Assembly (NCBI GenBank): GCA_049968255.1
Contig: JBMFRB010000001.1
Location: 256,001-320,000 of the forward strand
From: Candidatus Sumerlaeaceae bacterium
GTDB taxonomy: Bacteria; Sumerlaeota; Sumerlaeia; Sumerlaeales; Sumerlaeaceae
Direction of reading: 5' to 3'
Length of the DNA stretch: 64,000 bases
Part shown: positions 39,954 to 48,067 of the stretch, piece after piece
Position numbering within the stretch: the stretch's first letter is position 1
Layout: every line of letters begins with the position of its first letter
Translations under genes and position numbers: made by a program
Notes under the pieces: model-generated
What the model was told of the DNA's origin: nothing
Database searches by the model: none
Seen by the model: only the letters and a program-made list of their open reading frames with translations

Positions 39954-40247
39954 TTATTTTTCGATAGTTGGCTTGTAGCGTTTAGGGGAATATGCTTCGC
40001 CGTTCCTGTGGCAGGAATAGTCGTAGCGTATATGCCAGCGCCTTAGAGCATCCTTTGCGACATAAAACATGGGATCAGGATACCACTGTCGTGTGTCGGG
40101 TGAGTAGAGATAGGGCTGCGCGTAGTTGCCTGTTAGTTCGGGTCCGATAGGGCGCGCTTTTCCCAGCTTATATGCACAGGGCTCTGCCCCCACGTGGCTC
40201 AGGGCAGCCACCATTATTGCGAGAATTATCATCAGTCGCTGTCTCAC
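39954..40247 (-). CDS. Small putative secreted hypothetical protein (possible fragment)
   Basis: 97-aa ORF with signal-peptide-like N-terminus in an otherwise empty gap; no family recognised. Confidence 0.45.
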   Translation of the reverse strand: MRQRLMIILAIMVAALSHVGAEPCAYKLGKARPIGPELTGNYAQPYLYSPDTRQWYPDPMFYVAKDALRRWHIRYDYSCHRNGEAYSPKRYKPTIEK

Positions 40248-40405
40248 GTTGCGCTTCCCTCGTCGATAGATTTGCAGATAATTCTTTCACAGAAGTACTA
40301 GTCGTGTAAAGCGCATTTGCTTCGGAACGCTGAACGGTCCTCACTTCTGAGTTTTTTCGAAGCTCAACGCGCCGCGATCCGCAGGAAATGGAAAGGACAG
40401 GATCT

Positions 40406-41431
40406 ATGCAACTGAATGTCGCCATTATGGGTGCTACAGGTGCGGTAGGGCAGGAAATGCTCCGCACGCTCGAGATGCGCCATTTTCCGTGCACTTCGCT
40501 GAAGCTGCTGGCCAGCGAACGCTCGGTGGGGAAAAAATTTCCCTTTAGGGGACGGTTGATTCCGGTCGAGAAGCTAACGCCGGAGAGCTTCAATGGTGTG
40601 GATTTGGTGCTCGCTTCGGCTGGTGCTTCTGTTTCTCGCGAATTTGTGCCCCACGCCGTGAAGGCCGGCGCCGTGGTCGTAGATAACACAAGTGCCTTCC
40701 GCATGGAGCCTGATATTCCCCTCGTCGTGCCCGAGGTGAACGCGTCCGCCTTGGAAAAGCATAAGGGCATTATCGCGAATCCTAACTGCTCGACCGCACA
40801 GATGGTGGTGGCGATTGCACCGATTCATCGTGCCGTGGGCATCAAGCGCCTCGTGATTGCGACATATCAGAGCGTAAGCGGTACCGGCCAAAAAGCCATC
40901 GATGAGTGCCTGCGCCAAACAAGGGAACTGCTGGACGGCCAGAGCAATGTGGAATGCAAAGTTTATCCGCATCGCATTGCTTTCAACGTCCTGCCGCACA
41001 TTGACGTCTTTCTCGAGAACGGCTACACTAAAGAGGAAATGAAGATGGTAAATGAGACGCGAAAGATTCTCGAGGACCAGACCATTGCTATCACAGCCAC
41101 GACGGTACGAGTACCGGTCCTGCGAGGTCACAGCGAGGCAGTGAACGTTGAGACTCACAAGAAGATCTCGGCTGCTGAAGTGCGCGAACTTCTCGCAAAA
41201 GCGCCGGGCGTGGTCGTTGTGGACGATCCAAAAAATTGCGATTATCCGACCCCAATCTACTCCGAGGGACGCGACGAAACTTACGTTGGGCGCATCCGCG
41301 AAGACATTTCGATTCCCAATGGCATCGAGATGTGGATTGTAAGCGACAACTTACGTAAGGGCGCAGCTTTGAACGCTGTACAGATTGCCGAAGAACTTTT
41401 GGCGCGGAAACTGCTTCGAGCTGCTCTATAA
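40406..41431 (+). CDS. asd: Aspartate-semialdehyde dehydrogenase
   Basis: GATGAVG, IANPNCST, YQSVSGTG, VRVPVLRGHSE, DNLRKGAALN. Confidence 0.97.
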   Translation: MQLNVAIMGATGAVGQEMLRTLEMRHFPCTSLKLLASERSVGKKFPFRGRLIPVEKLTPESFNGVDLVLASAGASVSREFVPHAVKAGAVVVDNTSAFRMEPDIPLVVPEVNASALEKHKGIIANPNCSTAQMVVAIAPIHRAVGIKRLVIATYQSVSGTGQKAIDECLRQTRELLDGQSNVECKVYPHRIAFNVLPHIDVFLENGYTKEEMKMVNETRKILEDQTIAITATTVRVPVLRGHSEAVNVETHKKISAAEVRELLAKAPGVVVVDDPKNCDYPTPIYSEGRDETYVGRIREDISIPNGIEMWIVSDNLRKGAALNAVQIAEELLARKLLRAAL

Positions 41432-41459
41432 ATAGTCCTAGCCGCAACGAGAAGAACGA

Positions 41460-41491
41460 TGAGGCGGAACCACGGGTGTGGTTCCGCCTCA
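41460..41491. terminator. Strong hairpin between convergent asd and rplA
   Basis: Perfect 14-bp stem TGAGGCGGAACCAC-GGGT-GTGGTTCCGCCTCA. Confidence 0.6.
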
Positions 41492-41554
41492 AGTGTTTTC
41501 TCACCGCTAGCGTGAAGCCTCAAAGCGTCCTGAAAAGGCGCCTGCAAGCACTGG

Positions 41555-42253
41555 TTACTTGGCGACGTTGGGTGTGTAGGCGACTTTGATTCCCGGGCTC
41601 ATTGTCGAGCTTAGGGTGATGCTACGCATGTACGTCCCTTTGGCTGCCGCTGGGCGAGCCTTAGCAACAGCGTCCAAGACGGCCAAAGCATTTTCTACCA
41701 ACTGGTCATTCGAAAACTGAAGTTTGCCGATTGGCACATGAATATTTCCCGTCTTGTCCACACGAAATTCGACCTTTCCGGCTTTGATGTCCTGAATCGC
41801 TTTAGCCACATCCATGGTCACGGTTCCGGTCTTGGGGTTCGGCATCAGGCCGCGCGGCCCAAGGATTTTGCCGAGCTTACCGACTTCGCGCATCATATCC
41901 GGCGTAGCAATGGCCGCATCGAAATCAGTGAAACCGCCAGCCACCTTCGCCACGAGGTCTTCCGCCCCGACGATTTCGGCTCCAGCCGCTTCGGCTTCCG
42001 TCGCCTTATCGCCTTTGGCGAAGACAGCCACGCGCACGGTCTTGCCGGTGCCATGAGGAAGCGTTACGGTGCCGCGCACCTGCTGATCAGCATGACGTGG
42101 GTCCACGCCAAGTTTGAGGTCGAGATTGACAGTTTCGTTGAACTTGGCGTAAGCAATCTTCTTCAGAGTGTCGACCGCTTCAGGTAGGGAATAAACCTTC
42201 TTTTGGTCGTACTTCTCAAGCGCTGCGCGATACTTTTTGCCGTGCTTTGGCAT
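41555..42253 (-). CDS. rplA: 50S ribosomal protein L1
   Basis: [41 protein letters not shown]. Confidence 0.98.
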   Translation of the reverse strand: MPKHGKKYRAALEKYDQKKVYSLPEAVDTLKKIAYAKFNETVNLDLKLGVDPRHADQQVRGTVTLPHGTGKTVRVAVFAKGDKATEAEAAGAEIVGAEDLVAKVAGGFTDFDAAIATPDMMREVGKLGKILGPRGLMPNPKTGTVTMDVAKAIQDIKAGKVEFRVDKTGNIHVPIGKLQFSNDQLVENALAVLDAVAKARPAAAKGTYMRSITLSSTMSPGIKVAYTPNVAK

Positions 42254-42273
42254 GAGTTTTTCTCCTTATCTTT

Positions 42274-42309
42274 GTGGTCGGTAGCGGCGATCGAGCGATC
42301 GCCTCCCAC
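42274..42309 (-). promoter_or_regulatory. L1-binding autoregulatory leader
   Basis: Minus strand GUGGGAG-GCGAUC hairpin-GCUACCG-ACCAC directly before the AAGGAG RBS; resembles the 23S rRNA L1 site. Confidence 0.75.
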
Positions 42310-42369
42310 GCGCTTTCAGCCAGAAGCCACAAAGCGCCAGGACAAGGTACGCCGTCGGGGCGAGTTCAT

Positions 42370-42960
42370 TCACGAACGTCCTGCTTGTTTTGAGGCGCGT
42401 TTCCGCGAGAACAGGCGCGAAAGAAACATCTGGATGGCAAGAGAAGCAAGCAAAAGCGCGACGAACGACCACGGCAGCATGTCGTGGAGCGGAGCAAAGC
42501 CAGCGCAGAGAAATGTTGCCCCAACAAAGGCCGTGACGACAATGGCGAGAGTGCGTCTAATCCAGAGTGCACCCCCTGCTCCGGCAGCCCCCACCACAAC
42601 CAAGATGATAGCTATTTGCGGCGTCAGCGTATAGGGTTGTCCTCCTAATCCTGCATGCATTTGCAAAATGAGTCGCGCTACGAGGATGCCAAACAAAAAG
42701 CCTACCAATGCGAGGAGAAAGGAATTGAGCGCCCGGATGAAAAAGACACCACCGATCGCGCCCATAAGCGAACAGCCAAGCTGGAGAAGTGCAGCCGCGC
42801 CGGCCTCCATTCCCAGGGCTAGCGAAAAGGCCACCCCAAAGACAAAGCCCAACCCAAGACCAAAAACTGCACCAATCAAGCGCGAGCCTAACCAAAGCGC
42901 AACCCATCCGCCGAAACAAAGAATTACGCCGAAAGTGAGTAAAAGTGTGTCGGCACTCAT
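42370..42960 (-). CDS. Gly-rich multi-pass membrane protein (DUF4203/TMEM198-like)
   Basis: About 7 Gly-rich hydrophobic helices; LCFGG, TAFVGA. Confidence 0.7.
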   Translation of the reverse strand: MSADTLLLTFGVILCFGGWVALWLGSRLIGAVFGLGLGFVFGVAFSLALGMEAGAAALLQLGCSLMGAIGGVFFIRALNSFLLALVGFLFGILVARLILQMHAGLGGQPYTLTPQIAIILVVVGAAGAGGALWIRRTLAIVVTAFVGATFLCAGFAPLHDMLPWSFVALLLASLAIQMFLSRLFSRKRASKQAGRS

Positions 42961-43015
42961 GGCACCTCTTTTTGCTCCACCATGGGCAAGTTCATTTGCT
43001 CACGTGCATCACGGC

Positions 43016-44011
43016 TTACTCGGATTCTTTTTCGTAGGGGACACCATCGGCTGCTGGTGGTGTGGCACGCCCAATAAAGCCTGCGATCACCACGATCGTG
43101 AGCAAATACGGAAGCGCCTGGATCGCTTGGGTAGGTATATGTCCAGCCACGGCGCCCAGCCACGTGCTAGCCGCGCTACCACCTTGGCGGAGAATCTGAA
43201 GCTGATTCTGAAGTGTCTCGGCCCCACCGAAGATGAGGCAGGCCACGGCTGCACCCAGAGGTGACCATTTTCCAACAATCATGGCAGCCAGCGCTGTGTA
43301 ACCACGGCCATTTGTCATATTCGAAGAAAAGAGACCTTGGTCTGCTGCAAGCCACACCCCGCCAAGGCTCGCCGCGATTCCACCGATCAGGACACCGGTG
43401 AAACGATAAAAACTCACATTGACTCCCAGCGCATCTGCAGCGGCGGGATTCTCCCCCACCGCACGTAGGCGAAGACCATAGCGCGTTCGATAGAGGAGAA
43501 ACCATGCCCCCACAAATGTCAGAATTGTGATGGCGATGAGTGGATGCAAAAGCTGGTTGAGGGGAGCAAACCAGTTTTCAGAGGGGAAGGCACGCCACGT
43601 TGTGAAGGTCGGGCAACGCTCGGAGTTGCTTGCCGAGCCAAAGATGCGCTTGAGAAGAAAATTTGTTCCGCCTAACGCAAGAATGTTGATGGCCAGCCCC
43701 GAGATGATGTTGTCCACCCTGAACACAACGCATGCCACGGCGTGGAGCATGGAAAGCAGGAGCGCCGTGAGAACTGCCACGATGAGCCCTAGCCAAGGTG
43801 CCCACGCGGTGGCACTTGCAAACTGCGGTCCATACTTGCTGGCCACCCACCAGCTCGTCGTTGCGTAAGCAAAGGCGGCAGAAAGCATGATGCCCTCAAG
43901 GGCGATATTGACGACGCCTCCACGCTCGCTGATGGTTCCGCCGAGAGCACCGTTCGCATAAGGCACACTGATGCGCACTGTGCTGGCGATAATCGCAATG
44001 GGATTGATCAT
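43016..44011 (-). CDS. Sugar/nucleoside ABC transporter permease
   Basis: SERGGVVNIALEG, GLRLRAVGENP, GRGYTALAAMIVGKW, LPYLLT. Confidence 0.9.
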   Translation of the reverse strand: MINPIAIIASTVRISVPYANGALGGTISERGGVVNIALEGIMLSAAFAYATTSWWVASKYGPQFASATAWAPWLGLIVAVLTALLLSMLHAVACVVFRVDNIISGLAINILALGGTNFLLKRIFGSASNSERCPTFTTWRAFPSENWFAPLNQLLHPLIAITILTFVGAWFLLYRTRYGLRLRAVGENPAAADALGVNVSFYRFTGVLIGGIAASLGGVWLAADQGLFSSNMTNGRGYTALAAMIVGKWSPLGAAVACLIFGGAETLQNQLQILRQGGSAASTWLGAVAGHIPTQAIQALPYLLTIVVIAGFIGRATPPAADGVPYEKESE

Positions 44012-44254
44012 CGGCGTCGTCCCTTTCTTACATCACTCTTTTCGATACGTGTTTGGGGACTAAAGCTCTTTTCGTGATGAGCTGTCAAGTGAGGCCTCCA
44101 CTTCCGCATTCTGCGAACGTGAGCTGGTCAGGAGCGAAGAATTCTTGCGTCGCTACGGTGTTTGCTTTCAGCATCGGAGAAGGGACAAGGTAAGGGATGT
44201 TGTGTGATGGGATTAGCAAGTTAGTTTTATAATAAATCGACGTGAGGTTGACTC

Positions 44255-45130
44255 ATGAATCTTTGCGGCTCGATGTGTGCCATTGTGACGCCATTCCGTT
44301 ATGGCAAAGTAGACCAAGCGGCCTTTGCCGCACTCATCGAAGATCAGATCGCCAACGGCACGTCGGCCATTGTCCCCTGTGGCACGACGGGTGAGTCGGC
44401 GACCCTGACCCACGACGAACACCATCTGGTCATTGATCTGGCCATCAAGTATGTGAACAAACGCGTGCCTGTGATTGCGGGAACGGGTTCGAATTCGACG
44501 GCCGAAGCAATTAGCCTGACCCGGCATGCCAAGCAAGCCGGTGCTGACGCAGTTCTCCTGATTACCCCTTACTACAATAAGCCGACTCAGGAGGGGCTTT
44601 ATGCTCATTATATGGCAATTGCCGATGCTGTGGAAATTCCGCAGCTTGTTTACAATGTGCCGGGGCGCACGGGCGTGAGCATTGCGCCGGAGACTGTGGC
44701 GCGCCTTGCACAGCATCCGAATATCGTGGGGATCAAGGAAGCCAGTGGTTCGACCGACTATGTCTCCAAGCTTGCGTCGCTATGCGATATCACGATTCTT
44801 TCGGGCAATGACAGCATGACTCTCCCGCTGATGGCACTCGGAGCGAAAGGCGTGATCAGCGTTGTGGCCAATGTTGCTCCGAAGCACATGAGCGAGTTGG
44901 TCACAGCCGCGCTCGAAGGCCACTGGGTGCCGGCCCGTCAGCTGCATTACGAGCTTTTTGAATTGATGGACGTGCTCTTCTGCGAGACAAACCCCATTCC
45001 AGTGAAGGCGGCTCTGGCCATGATGGGAGTCATTTCGCCGGAGATTCGCTTGCCCTTGACGCCCTTGAGTGAAAAGAACGTACCGAAGGTTCGGACAGCC
45101 CTGGAAAAACTAGGGCTTGTCCGCAGCTAG
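44255..45130 (+). CDS. dapA: 4-hydroxy-tetrahydrodipicolinate synthase
   Basis: GTTGES, PYYNKP, YNVPGRT, GIKEAS, NPIPVK; TATAAT at 44228-44233 upstream. Confidence 0.97.
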   Translation: MNLCGSMCAIVTPFRYGKVDQAAFAALIEDQIANGTSAIVPCGTTGESATLTHDEHHLVIDLAIKYVNKRVPVIAGTGSNSTAEAISLTRHAKQAGADAVLLITPYYNKPTQEGLYAHYMAIADAVEIPQLVYNVPGRTGVSIAPETVARLAQHPNIVGIKEASGSTDYVSKLASLCDITILSGNDSMTLPLMALGAKGVISVVANVAPKHMSELVTAALEGHWVPARQLHYELFELMDVLFCETNPIPVKAALAMMGVISPEIRLPLTPLSEKNVPKVRTALEKLGLVRS

Positions 45131-45165
45131 TTCTGATTCAAGCTTGGTACTAACCGGGAGAGCCC

Positions 45166-45942
45166 ATGGAAGAAGATCTCTTGCCTTTTTTGAGCGACCT
45201 TGTGACCGCGGCAGGCAAGATCACCTTGCGCTATTACCAAACTGCGCTGGAGGTTGCTCGCAAAAGTGATGCTTCGCCGGTGACGACTGCGGACAGGGAA
45301 AGTGAGGAGTTCCTGCGCCGCGAAATCAGCCGGGCTTTCCCGCAGGATGAGATACTCGGCGAGGAGTTTGGTGCGTCTGGGACAAGGTCAAGCGGGCGTC
45401 GCTGGATTCTTGATCCCCTAGACGCGACAAAGACTTTCCTCCATGGGGTGCCGTTGTACGGTGTGCTGGTAGGCGTCGAGCTAGGCGGCGACCTTTGTGC
45501 TGGGGCAATTGCCATTCCTGCTCTCGGTGAAATTGTAGTAGCCCAGCGCGGCAAAGGGTGTTGGTGGAACGGGCGCCGCTGCACGGTCTCGGCAACCCCG
45601 ACCCTCTCCGAGGCTCTCCTACTGACGACCGATGTGGCAAACAACTATCGCTACGGCCACGGCAGAGAATGGAAGGCCCTAAGCGCGGGAGCTCGCATGG
45701 TGCGCACTTGGGGCGACTGCTATGGCTACGTGTTGGTGGCAACCGGCCGAGCGGACGTCATGGTGGATCCCATCGCGGAGTTATGGGATATCGCTGCCGT
45801 GAAACCAATTATTGAAGAAGCCGGCGGCAAATTTACAGATTATGCCGGCAACGCCACGATCCAAAGTCGCTGTGGCATTGCGACAAACGGCACGCTTCAC
45901 GACGAAGTGCTGGCCATTGTGTCTAGGGCACAAGCCGAATAG
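45166..45942 (+). CDS. Inositol monophosphatase-family histidinol-phosphatase (HisN-like)
   Basis: SPVTTAD, LGEEFG, WILDPLDAT, RTWGDCYGY, WDIAA. Confidence 0.82.
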   Translation: MEEDLLPFLSDLVTAAGKITLRYYQTALEVARKSDASPVTTADRESEEFLRREISRAFPQDEILGEEFGASGTRSSGRRWILDPLDATKTFLHGVPLYGVLVGVELGGDLCAGAIAIPALGEIVVAQRGKGCWWNGRRCTVSATPTLSEALLLTTDVANNYRYGHGREWKALSAGARMVRTWGDCYGYVLVATGRADVMVDPIAELWDIAAVKPIIEEAGGKFTDYAGNATIQSRCGIATNGTLHDEVLAIVSRAQAE

Positions 45943-45998
45943 GTTGCGTCCACGCTTGTAAGCGTAACGGGCACCACGCATGGGCGTGGCGCAAAGGT

Positions 45999-46073
45999 GG
46001 GCGTGTAGCTCAGCGGTAGAGCAGCGGACTTTTAATCCGTTGGTCGAAGGTTCGATTCCTTCCACGCTCACCA
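45999..46073 (+). tRNA. tRNA-Lys(UUU)
   Basis: GGGCGTG/CACGCTC acceptor, anticodon loop CTTTTAA, GGTTCGA T-loop, encoded CCA. Confidence 0.96.
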
Positions 46074-46082
46074 GTTTGTCTT

Positions 46083-46703
46083 TCAGCGGGTTGTCACAAA
46101 GTTTGTTTCCTCAAGCGCCTCAAAATCACATTCGAGCGCTGTCCGGTCGCAAAAGTCTTCCGTTCGCGAGACAAGTGTGAGTTCGTCGAGTCCTAGCCCC
46201 GTGGTGTCTTCGAAAAGATCCACGAAATGATCCACCACGCGGGTGGCATGGGCCGAGAAAAACACAATCCCAGTCTTGAGATTCCACAGCGCCTCGTAAA
46301 CTGCCGTGGTGGGCGCAACTGTGGCCAGAAGTGCTTCCTTTACGCCTTGGCGGATCTGCTGCACTTCCTCTCGCGAGAGTTTGCGTTGGCGCCTCTCGGC
46401 CAGAGAAGCCCGAATCTTTTCCGCGATTCTCGATTTGAGCAGCAATGAAGGCACTGTTTTGCGATCCCACCGCATGCCTAGGAGCAGCCAGTCCCCCACA
46501 AGCACTTTGTCCAGAGTGAGATCTGCGTCGAAAGGATCACTGGGATTGACCCATCCGATACTTTGCTCGGGGTTATTCTTCGGATCAATCTCGCGAAAGG
46601 CGTGGCGTTGCAATCCCATCAGGAGCTTCTCGTGAAACCCCTTTGGGAGGGAGTCCGCAACGCGGAACTTCCTGTATGTCACGCTGCCGTTGATGAGTCC
46701 CAT
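46083..46703 (-). CDS. RdgC-like recombination-associated protein (short form)
   Basis: MGLINGSVTYRKF, SIGWVN, RKTVPSLLLK, FVDLFEDT pattern. Confidence 0.7.
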   Translation of the reverse strand: MGLINGSVTYRKFRVADSLPKGFHEKLLMGLQRHAFREIDPKNNPEQSIGWVNPSDPFDADLTLDKVLVGDWLLLGMRWDRKTVPSLLLKSRIAEKIRASLAERRQRKLSREEVQQIRQGVKEALLATVAPTTAVYEALWNLKTGIVFFSAHATRVVDHFVDLFEDTTGLGLDELTLVSRTEDFCDRTALECDFEALEETNFVTTR

Positions 46704-46756
46704 GTGTTCGGCCTGTCCGGTGAGATTGAGGTTTGTTGTTTTGTCTGAAGAGAAAG

Positions 46757-48025
46757 TTACTTCGTTGTTTGGGTGTCGTTTTTTGCAGATCGCGCTTGCT
46801 CTTCGATAGTCAACTGCTTCTCTGCAGCCACAAAATGGCCAGCCTTCACAACCGCCATTTGGACCGGTTTGCGGCAGTCTCCCTCTTTATCAAAGTAGGT
46901 TTTGCCCGTCAGACCGTCGTACGCTGCGGCTGGCGAATTGATGCTCTTCAAATACTGATGAATGCCTTCCCGTGTTGGACCCTTGGTCTCGATCGCTTTG
47001 ATGATCAACTGAAAGGCGTCGTAGCTGAGCGCCGCCCATGCATCAGGCTCTCGATTGTACTTGGCACGGAACTGCTCGGCAAATTTCTTGGCGCGCTCGC
47101 CCCCCAGTTCGAAGAGGAATGGACAGGAAACATAGGTGCCCTCGGCAGCAGGACCGGCTAGCGTGATGAACTGCTCAGAGAACACCCCATCGCCGCCAAT
47201 GAGCGGTGTTTTGATACCAAGCTCGCGCGCCTGTTTCGCAATGACTGCAGCGTGTTTATATAAGCCTGCCACGAGCAGCAGATCCGGCTGATAGCTTTGC
47301 ATGGTCGTCAATTGGCTTCGGAAATCATTGGTATCTTTAGCGTAGGCTGTCTCGCTGACAATTGAAACGCCAAGCGATTCGGCCTTCTTTTTGAAGCTTT
47401 CTTTGAGCCCACGCCCGTAGTCGTCGTTGTCGAAGAGGATCCCGACTTTCTTTGCACCAAGAATTTCGCCGGCGTAGCGAGCAAGTGACTGCCCCTGGAA
47501 ATCATCCGTGAAAATGTTGCGGAAGACGTAGTCACTGTTTTTAGTCACATTGACGTTCGTCGAGGCTGGTGAGAACATGACCATTTTGGCTTCTGTGTAG
47601 GCGCTCTTGGCCGCTAGCGAGCACGAGCTATTGAAGTGACCGATCACCGCGAGCACGTCGGGATTGCTAGCGATCTTCGTCGCCACATTGTAAGCTTCGG
47701 CGGGATTACCGGCGTCGTCTTCGAGCATGAGCTGGATGGGACGCCCCGCAACTCCGCCTTTGGCGTTCAGCTCTTCGGCTGCGAGTTCGACCGCCATTTT
47801 GATTTGAACACCGAACTCCGAGCTATCGCCGGTAAAAGGTGCTGCCACAGCAAGGAGTATCGGCTTGTGTGTTGCTTGGGTAGGCTGGGGAGACGAAGTT
47901 TGTTCCTTGCCGGCCCCTGGCTTTTGGAGCGCAGCTTCTTTGGGTTGCTGGCCACATCCGCCAATGAGCAACATGGCGCTAGAGAGAATAGACCACCAAA
48001 CAATGTTTTTCAGGCGCTTCATCAT
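46757..48025 (-). CDS. Branched-chain amino acid ABC substrate-binding lipoprotein (LivJ-like)
   Basis: Lipobox LLIGGC; APFTGD, VIGHFNSS, DDYGRGL, YDA. True start about 48025. Confidence 0.9.
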   Translation of the reverse strand: MMKRLKNIVWWSILSSAMLLIGGCGQQPKEAALQKPGAGKEQTSSPQPTQATHKPILLAVAAPFTGDSSEFGVQIKMAVELAAEELNAKGGVAGRPIQLMLEDDAGNPAEAYNVATKIASNPDVLAVIGHFNSSCSLAAKSAYTEAKMVMFSPASTNVNVTKNSDYVFRNIFTDDFQGQSLARYAGEILGAKKVGILFDNDDYGRGLKESFKKKAESLGVSIVSETAYAKDTNDFRSQLTTMQSYQPDLLLVAGLYKHAAVIAKQARELGIKTPLIGGDGVFSEQFITLAGPAAEGTYVSCPFLFELGGERAKKFAEQFRAKYNREPDAWAALSYDAFQLIIKAIETKGPTREGIHQYLKSINSPAAAYDGLTGKTYFDKEGDCRKPVQMAVVKAGHFVAAEKQLTIEEQARSAKNDTQTTK

Positions 48026-48067
48026 AGACAACTTGTCCTCGCTCGTGATGAATGACAGGGGATGGTA

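Noticed and set aside
44012-44254. Lysine riboswitch before dapA
   Set aside because: L-box consensus is absent, and a TATAAT box lies only about 21 bp from the start codon.
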